Source: an uncultured archaeon
GTDB lineage: Archaea > Thermoproteota > Bathyarchaeia > Bathyarchaeales > Bathycorpusculaceae
Assembly: GCA_963810275.1 (NCBI GenBank)
Contig: CAWENF010000021.1
Span: 64,001-128,000 of the forward strand
DNA: 64,000 nt
Reading direction: 5' to 3'
Within the stretch, counting starts at the first letter, position 1. Each line of letters starts with the position of its first letter. The translations under genes were made by a program, and so were the position numbers. Below, piece by piece: positions 57,996 through 64,000 of the stretch. A model generated the notes under the pieces. That model was given only the letters and a program-made list of their open reading frames with translations, ran no database searches and was not told the origin of the DNA.

Positions 57996-60893
57996 TTAGT
58001 CTTTGGCGGCAGTTGTTGCTTCTTCCAGTTTATGGTTGAATATCTTGTCTAGGAACATGCCTGTGTAGCTATGCGAAACCTGAACGACATCTTCGGGTGT
58101 GCCTTGAGCAAGAACTTGTCCGCCTGCTGCTCCGCCTTCTGGTCCGAGGTCAATTAGGTAGTCACAGCTCTTGATGACATCGAGGTTGTGTTCGATAATG
58201 TAGACTGTGTTGCCATTGTCCACCAAGCGGTTTAAAACGCGGATTAGGCGTTTGGTGTCGTCGAAGTGCAAGCCTGTGGTTGGTTCGTCAAGCATGTAGA
58301 CGACGTGCCCCGACTTATGCTTGCTGAGTTCGCGGGTTATTTTGATACGTTGGCTCTCTCCGCCAGATAATTGTGTGCTGCTTTGGCCAAGTTTGATGTA
58401 GCCTAACCCCACGTCAAGCAAGGTTTGGAGTTTGCGGTGTACCTTAGGGGTATTCTCAAAGAACTTTGCCGCCTCCTCAACCGTCATATCAAGCACTTCG
58501 GCGATGTTTTTACCCTTATAGAGCACGGAGAGGGTTTCTTTGTTGTAACGTTTGCCTTTGCATTCGCTGCACTGCACATAAACGTCTGGGAGGAAGTTCA
58601 TTTCAATGCGGATGACGCCGTCGCCTTGGCAGTTTTCGCATCTGCCGCCTTTGACGTTAAAGCTGAAGCGACCTTCTTTATAGCCGCGGGCTCTGGCTTC
58701 TTTGGTTTGAGCGAATATTTTTCGAATTTCATCAAAGAGCTTGGTGTAGGTGGCGGGGTTACTGCGGGGTGTTCTGCCGATGGGGTCTTGGTCTATTACG
58801 ATGACGTTACGCACCACCTCCGGCACGTCTAAACCGCCGTGTTTACCGACTTTATCAACTTGTTCGCCGAACATTTGGCGCAGGGCGGGGATTACGGTTA
58901 GGTTCATTAATGTGCTTTTGCCTGAGCCTGATACACCTGTGACGCCACATAGCACCCCCAATGGCAGTCTTACGTTTAAGTTTTTGAGGTTGTTCTCGCA
59001 TGCGCCCTTGACGTTGAGATAGTCGATTGGGGGTCGGCGCTCTTGGGGAATTTCGATTTTGATCTCGCCTGATAGGTATTTACCGGTTAAGCTACGCGGA
59101 TTAGCCATAACCTCTTCGGGGCTGCCTTCAGCTACGATGTGGCCGCCATGCACGCCTGCACCTGGTCCCATGTCTACGATGTAGTCTGCGTGGCGCATGG
59201 TGTCCTCGTCGTGCTCAACCACAATAAGCGTGTTGCCTAAGTCGCGAAGGCGGGCAAGAGTAGATATGAGTTTGGCGTTGTCGCGCTGGTGCAAACCGAT
59301 GCTCGGCTCGTCAAGAATGTAGAGCACACCCATGAGGTTGCTGCCAATCTGCGTTGCCAATCGGATACGCTGGGCTTCGCCGCCGCTAAGCGTTTTTGCG
59401 GCTCTTGAAAGAGATAAGTATCCTAAGCCCACGTTATTAAGAAAGCCTAAGCGCTCATTGATTTCTTTAAGCACCTGCTTGGCAATTGACATTTCCTTCT
59501 CGTTAAGCTTGGGCGGCAAATCCTTGAAGAAGTCGACTGCATCCTCAATTGACAGATCAGTCACATCAATAATACTTTTGTCCAAAATGTGCACAGCTAG
59601 CACGACAGGTTGGAGCTTTTTGCCGTTGCAGGCATTGCAGGGGCGGGCGGTCATGAATTTCTCGATGTCAGTTTTGCGCCACTCGCTCTCGGTCTGCCGA
59701 TAGAGCCGCATCGTCTGCGGGATGACGCCTTCCCAGCCGTCGCGCATCCACATGTTGGCACCGTTAGACCAGTTCGCGTTGATGGGTTCACGGTCACCGT
59801 ATAGAAGCACTTTGAGCTGTTCGCCAGTGAATTCCTTGATTGGGGTAAATACGTCGAAACCGTGTTTTCTGCCTACAGCGGCTATCTGCTGCGCACGCCA
59901 ACTGAGGTCCATTGTCCCCTTGTACACTGCCAAGGCACCATCCATTATGCTGAGGTTCTTATCAGGGATAACTTTGTCCGCAGTTACTTCGGTGATTTCC
60001 CCAAGTCCATGACAGACGGGGCAGGCGCCAAACGGCGAGTTGAAGCTGAACATACGGGGCTCAAGGCTTTCAAAGACGATTTCAGGGTGATTTGGACACG
60101 CACCAAAAGTGCTATACATGGTTTCGCCTTCGAAGCGTTCCAACTCCCGTTTTTCATCTGCATTAGTGTTTGCGGCGTCAATAACCACCATCGTGCCCTT
60201 GCCTGTTTTCAACGCTGCCTCGACCGCTTCGGCTATGCGGCTACGTTCGTCATCGCTGATTTCCACGGTATCGATTACAGCTTCTATCCAGTGTTTCTCA
60301 TAGCGGACTAGCTTGACTTCTTCTTTTATGTGGTCGGTTTCGTAAATTTTTTGGTCTACCCGGATTTTGGTGTAGCCCTCTTTTTTTAGGTCGTCAAAGA
60401 CTGATTCGTGGGTGCCTTTCATTCCGCGAATGATTGGCGCTAGGAAGATGAGGGTTTTGCCTTTTTCTGCCATGATAAGGCTGGCGATGTTTTCCGCGCT
60501 CTGCGGATGTATGGGGCTGCCGCATTTGGGGCAGTGATGCGTGCCAATGCGGGCAAAAAGAAGACGTAAATAATCGTAAATTTCGGTGACTGTACCGACG
60601 GTACTGCGGGGGTTCTTGCTTGTGCTCTTCTGCTCAATACTAATCGCAGGAGACAATCCGTCGATACTGTCTACATCAGGTTTATCCATCAAACCCAAAA
60701 ACTGCCGCGCATAAGCAGAAAGCGACTCGACATAGCGGCGCTGCCCCTCAGCATAAATCGTGTCAAACGCCAACGTGGATTTTCCCGAGCCAGAAAGCCC
60801 AGTGACCACTATGAGTTTGTTTCGGGGCAACTCTAAATCGAAGTTTTTGAGGTTGTGCTCCCGTGCACCCCTGATGGATATGTTGTCACGCAT
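57996..60893 (-). CDS. uvrA: Excinuclease ABC subunit A
   Basis: GAREHNLKN, GLSGSGKS, LSGGEAQR, second Walker A GVSGSGKS, and zinc fingers. Confidence 0.98.
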   Translation of the reverse strand: MRDNISIRGAREHNLKNFDLELPRNKLIVVTGLSGSGKSTLAFDTIYAEGQRRYVESLSAYARQFLGLMDKPDVDSIDGLSPAISIEQKSTSKNPRSTVGTVTEIYDYLRLLFARIGTHHCPKCGSPIHPQSAENIASLIMAEKGKTLIFLAPIIRGMKGTHESVFDDLKKEGYTKIRVDQKIYETDHIKEEVKLVRYEKHWIEAVIDTVEISDDERSRIAEAVEAALKTGKGTMVVIDAANTNADEKRELERFEGETMYSTFGACPNHPEIVFESLEPRMFSFNSPFGACPVCHGLGEITEVTADKVIPDKNLSIMDGALAVYKGTMDLSWRAQQIAAVGRKHGFDVFTPIKEFTGEQLKVLLYGDREPINANWSNGANMWMRDGWEGVIPQTMRLYRQTESEWRKTDIEKFMTARPCNACNGKKLQPVVLAVHILDKSIIDVTDLSIEDAVDFFKDLPPKLNEKEMSIAKQVLKEINERLGFLNNVGLGYLSLSRAAKTLSGGEAQRIRLATQIGSNLMGVLYILDEPSIGLHQRDNAKLISTLARLRDLGNTLIVVEHDEDTMRHADYIVDMGPGAGVHGGHIVAEGSPEEVMANPRSLTGKYLSGEIKIEIPQERRPPIDYLNVKGACENNLKNLNVRLPLGVLCGVTGVSGSGKSTLMNLTVIPALRQMFGEQVDKVGKHGGLDVPEVVRNVIVIDQDPIGRTPRSNPATYTKLFDEIRKIFAQTKEARARGYKEGRFSFNVKGGRCENCQGDGVIRIEMNFLPDVYVQCSECKGKRYNKETLSVLYKGKNIAEVLDMTVEEAAKFFENTPKVHRKLQTLLDVGLGYIKLGQSSTQLSGGESQRIKITRELSKHKSGHVVYMLDEPTTGLHFDDTKRLIRVLNRLVDNGNTVYIIEHNLDVIKSCDYLIDLGPEGGAAGGQVLAQGTPEDVVQVSHSYTGMFLDKIFNHKLEEATTAAKD

Positions 60894-60977
60894 TACTTTG
60901 ACTATTCCCTTCCCTGTTATGTGGCAGATTCTAGCAGAGTTTATACGCCCAGATTAGAACTTTGTTGCATCAAACTC

Positions 60978-62981
60978 CTAAATTTCGGGTTTAACCCCAC
61001 CAGATTCGGACTTCTCAATCTTCAAATCTAATTCTTTTTGCAGCGCCGAAATCGCATCCCGTAACTCAATCGCCTTTTCAAACTCCAACTTCTCAGCAGC
61101 CTCATGCATTTTCGCATCCAACTCTATGATTTGGCGCTGGATGTCGGATTTTGCAAGATGCTTAACACCTTTTATTGTAGATTTCTTGACATTGACGGCT
61201 TTAATGATGGTTTTCGGCGTGATGCCTTGCTTTTCGTTGTAACGTTTCTGGAAGTTACGGCGATAATAGGTAAGTTCCATAGCGCGTTTGATGCTATGGG
61301 TTTGGTTGTCTGCGTATAGGACGACTTTGCCGTTTACGTTTCGAGCTGCGCGTCCGATGGTTTGGATTAGGCTGCGTTCGTCTCGTAGGAAACCTTCTTT
61401 GTCAGCGTCCAAAATGAATATGGAGGCAACCTCGGGGATGTCAAGGCCTTCGCGGAGGAGGTTGATGCCAACAAGAATATCGAATTCACCTACACGCAGC
61501 TGGCGGATGAGTTCGATGCGGTCAAGCGAGTCTATCTCGCTGTGCATGTAACGCACGCGGAAGCCTTCCTTGACGAGATAATCGGCTAAGTCCTCAGCCA
61601 TTCGCTTGGTTAAGGTGGTAATTAGGACCCGGTCGCCCCGCGCAATTGTCTTTTTCGCTTCAACCATGAGGTGCTGCATCTGTCCTTCGATAGGCTGCAC
61701 TTCCACGATAGGGTCAAGCAAACCTGTGGGTCGGGTAATCAACTCGACGGGTGCGCCGCTTTTACCCAATTCATATTCTGCGGGTGTTGCAGATACGAAT
61801 AAGACTCGTCCCATCTTCGCCTCAAACTCTTCAAACTTCAACGGACGGTTATCCAATGCACTGGGCAGGCGGAAACCGAAATCAACCAAGTTCTTTTTGC
61901 GGCTGAAATCACCGTTGTACATGCCCCGTGCCTGCGGGATGGTCTGGTGGCTCTCGTCAATGATTAGGAGGAAATCTTTGGGGAAGTAATCCACCAAAGT
62001 GAACGGGGGAGCGCCTGGTGGGCGTCCGTCGAAGTGACGGCTGTAATTTTCCATGCCTGAGCAGAAGCCGATTTCCCGTATCATTTCAAGGTCATAGTTA
62101 GTGCGCTGTTTGAGCCTTTGTGCTTCAAGCGGCGGGAGTTCTGGCAGTCTCCGTTCGAGTTCCTGCTCGATGTGCTCCAAGGCGAGGGCTTGCTTCTCTT
62201 CAGGTACGACGTACTGGCGGGCGGGGTACAGGGTGAGTTTGTCAAGGCTATTTTTGACGTTACCCGTGATTGTGTGGACCTCTTTGATTTTACCGACTGT
62301 GCTGCCTACGAGTTCGACGCGAATTATGTCGTTTTCGTAGGATGGCACAACGTCTACTGTGTCTCCACGAACGCGGAACCTGCCTGGCTCTAAGACCAAG
62401 TCGTTGCGTTCGTACTGCATGTCTACGAGTTGGCGGATGAAGCTTTGTCGGCTCAGCTCAGCGCCCACTTCGAGCGCTACAGACATGGAGCGGAAGTCGT
62501 CGGGGTTGCCCAAGCTGTAGATGCAGCTAATCGAAGCCACGATTATGGTGTCGCTTCGACTCACAATCCCCGAGACGGCGTGCATACGCATCTTTTCAAT
62601 TTCTTCGTTAACGTCGGAGTCTTTTTCGATGTACATATCCTGCGCTGGCAGATATGACTCAGGCTGATAGTAATCGTAAAATGAAATGAAGAACTCAACT
62701 CTGTTGTGGGGGAAGAGTTCTTTTAATTCGCCATAAAGCTGTGCAGCAAGAGTTTTGTTGTGCGCCAAAATCAACGTGGGTTTCTGAAGCTTGTTAATCA
62801 CGTTTGCCATAACAAAGGTTTTGCCGCTACCCGTGATACCCAGCAGCGTCTGCTTGTCGTTCGCCTTGTAGTTCTCCACTAACTGGTCCACCGCTTTATC
62901 TTGGCCGGGAGACATTTTGTATGGGGAAACAAGCTCAAACTGCATGATTTCTTTACTTCCTATAATTTCAGATTCACCCAA
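60978..62981 (-). CDS. uvrB: Excinuclease ABC subunit B
   Basis: GITGSGKT, YDYYQPE, DESH, QTIGRAARN and a C-terminal UVR domain. Confidence 0.98.
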   Translation of the reverse strand: MGESEIIGSKEIMQFELVSPYKMSPGQDKAVDQLVENYKANDKQTLLGITGSGKTFVMANVINKLQKPTLILAHNKTLAAQLYGELKELFPHNRVEFFISFYDYYQPESYLPAQDMYIEKDSDVNEEIEKMRMHAVSGIVSRSDTIIVASISCIYSLGNPDDFRSMSVALEVGAELSRQSFIRQLVDMQYERNDLVLEPGRFRVRGDTVDVVPSYENDIIRVELVGSTVGKIKEVHTITGNVKNSLDKLTLYPARQYVVPEEKQALALEHIEQELERRLPELPPLEAQRLKQRTNYDLEMIREIGFCSGMENYSRHFDGRPPGAPPFTLVDYFPKDFLLIIDESHQTIPQARGMYNGDFSRKKNLVDFGFRLPSALDNRPLKFEEFEAKMGRVLFVSATPAEYELGKSGAPVELITRPTGLLDPIVEVQPIEGQMQHLMVEAKKTIARGDRVLITTLTKRMAEDLADYLVKEGFRVRYMHSEIDSLDRIELIRQLRVGEFDILVGINLLREGLDIPEVASIFILDADKEGFLRDERSLIQTIGRAARNVNGKVVLYADNQTHSIKRAMELTYYRRNFQKRYNEKQGITPKTIIKAVNVKKSTIKGVKHLAKSDIQRQIIELDAKMHEAAEKLEFEKAIELRDAISALQKELDLKIEKSESGGVKPEI

Positions 62982-63122
62982 GCAGAAGCATTAATAAATT
63001 TTTGCACCAAACCACTCAAAATACGGGTACTCCGAGTTTGTGCAGAAAAAATGAATCCAGTGAGACGGTTGTTTCAAAATATTCCTTAACTACCCCAAAA
63101 ACGCATACTATAGTGTTGATTG

Positions 63123-63533
63123 ATGCATAAAACCAGAATCTTACGTTAGTTTTAATCCTAATAGCAATAGTTACGTTGCCAGCAGCAGTCACTTTCGCAA
63201 ACGCCCAAACAAACCACCAAACAAAAGAAGAACTTGTCGCTGTCGCTCAAAAAGCAGATAGTCAAATTCAAAACTTAATCACGAAAGTTTATGCAGACCC
63301 CTAAGTGATGCAGAAATAGAAGACGCTAACCTCACTATCCAGTTGGTGGATTACGTAACACAGTACCTAAATGAAGGATCAAAAAGGCTATCTAAAGCCC
63401 AAGAAGCACTCAAAAAACGGATTATTCAGCAGCTTCAGATTGGGCGTTGGCAGCGCTTGAAGTTTTCAGAAATACCTACAGCAATATAGAAGGCATCGCG
63501 GAGGCGGCAGGTACCGTTAGCAATTCTGTTTGA
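63123..63533 (+). pseudogene. Degraded secreted helical protein
   Basis: Signal-peptide-like LVLILIAIVTLPAAVTFANAQ, followed by helical segments broken by a stop (~63302) and frameshifts. Confidence 0.5.
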
Positions 63534-63639
63534 ATAAACAAAAGTTGCTGGATGCTATAGAGGGGGAACTCTGAAACTTCATTGATTCAAAGCAGCAATA
63601 GAGCTGGCGTCAGTACAAAAGCGGCAAATAGAAATGAAG

Positions 63640-64000
63640 TTATTTTTTAAGTTTAACTTGGTTTTCCAGCCCGATTTTCGTTACTTCAACCAATTCAAGT
63701 TTCTCAAGTCGCTTAACAAGCCGCCAGAGACTCGTGCGGGGCATGTCCGGGAATTGTTGTCGGATTTCAGCTTCAAAAGCGCTGCCGCCTTTTTCGGCGA
63801 GAAAGTGAATGACTTTACGATCTTCATTCATCAGCTGGGGATTTTCGTTTAGGGCTTTTTTTAGGTTAAACTGAGGTTTGCGTTTTATTAAAAACATTGT
63901 AAAGGCAAGGGCAGCGCCTGCAACGCAGATTATTGCAACTATTATGTACTCTACAGGTAGGACATTAGAGTTAAGCGCAGCAGGGGTAGGGTAAGTTTGT
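63640..64000 (-). CDS. Membrane-anchored winged-HTH protein (COG2512-like), 5' partial
   Basis: Frame is open to the window edge. TM YIIVAIICVAGAALAF, then EDRKVI..L...GG....EI....PRTSLWRLVKRLE. Confidence 0.85.
   Translation of the reverse strand, partial: QTYPTPAALNSNVLPVEYIIVAIICVAGAALAFTMFLIKRKPQFNLKKALNENPQLMNEDRKVIHFLAEKGGSAFEAEIRQQFPDMPRTSLWRLVKRLEKLELVEVTKIGLENQVKLKK

Overview
Archaeal genomic window. The host is inferred to be Bathyarchaeia-like from SD motifs GGAG/GGTGA, TATA boxes, thermosome, aIF-1A, Alba, TrmB, PEF-CTERM, large PQQ-like beta-propeller surface proteins and GHD(I/L)RN(P/S)LQ kinases; no marker gene was analysed. The main feature is an ~18 kb respiratory island at 0.4-18 kb. 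It has a complete A-type heme-copper oxidase operon (blue-copper protein, subunits II, I, III, IV, a copper-ligand-less cupredoxin, heme O synthase). It also has two DUF420 proteins, a large membrane 4Fe-4S protein, a Tat-exported gluconate-2-dehydrogenase-like GMC oxidoreductase pair with no cytochrome c, a PEF-CTERM blue-copper protein, a G1 glutamic peptidase and a chaperonin with degenerate ATP motifs. Oxidase subunit I keeps all six His ligands and HPEVY but has lost the canonical K-channel residues. The AT-rich middle (18-43 kb) holds transport, signalling and stress/translation genes, including a CheB-CheR-PAS-kinase and a CBS-HPF-like protein. It also holds several pseudogenes missing from the ORF track (Alba, methylglyoxal synthase, a kinase ATPase domain) and genes that appear to start at ATA. 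The right part carries pyk, mntP and uvrBAC. No rRNA, tRNA, CRISPR array or transposase was recognised. All family calls come from motif reading and recalled consensus sequences, with no database searches.
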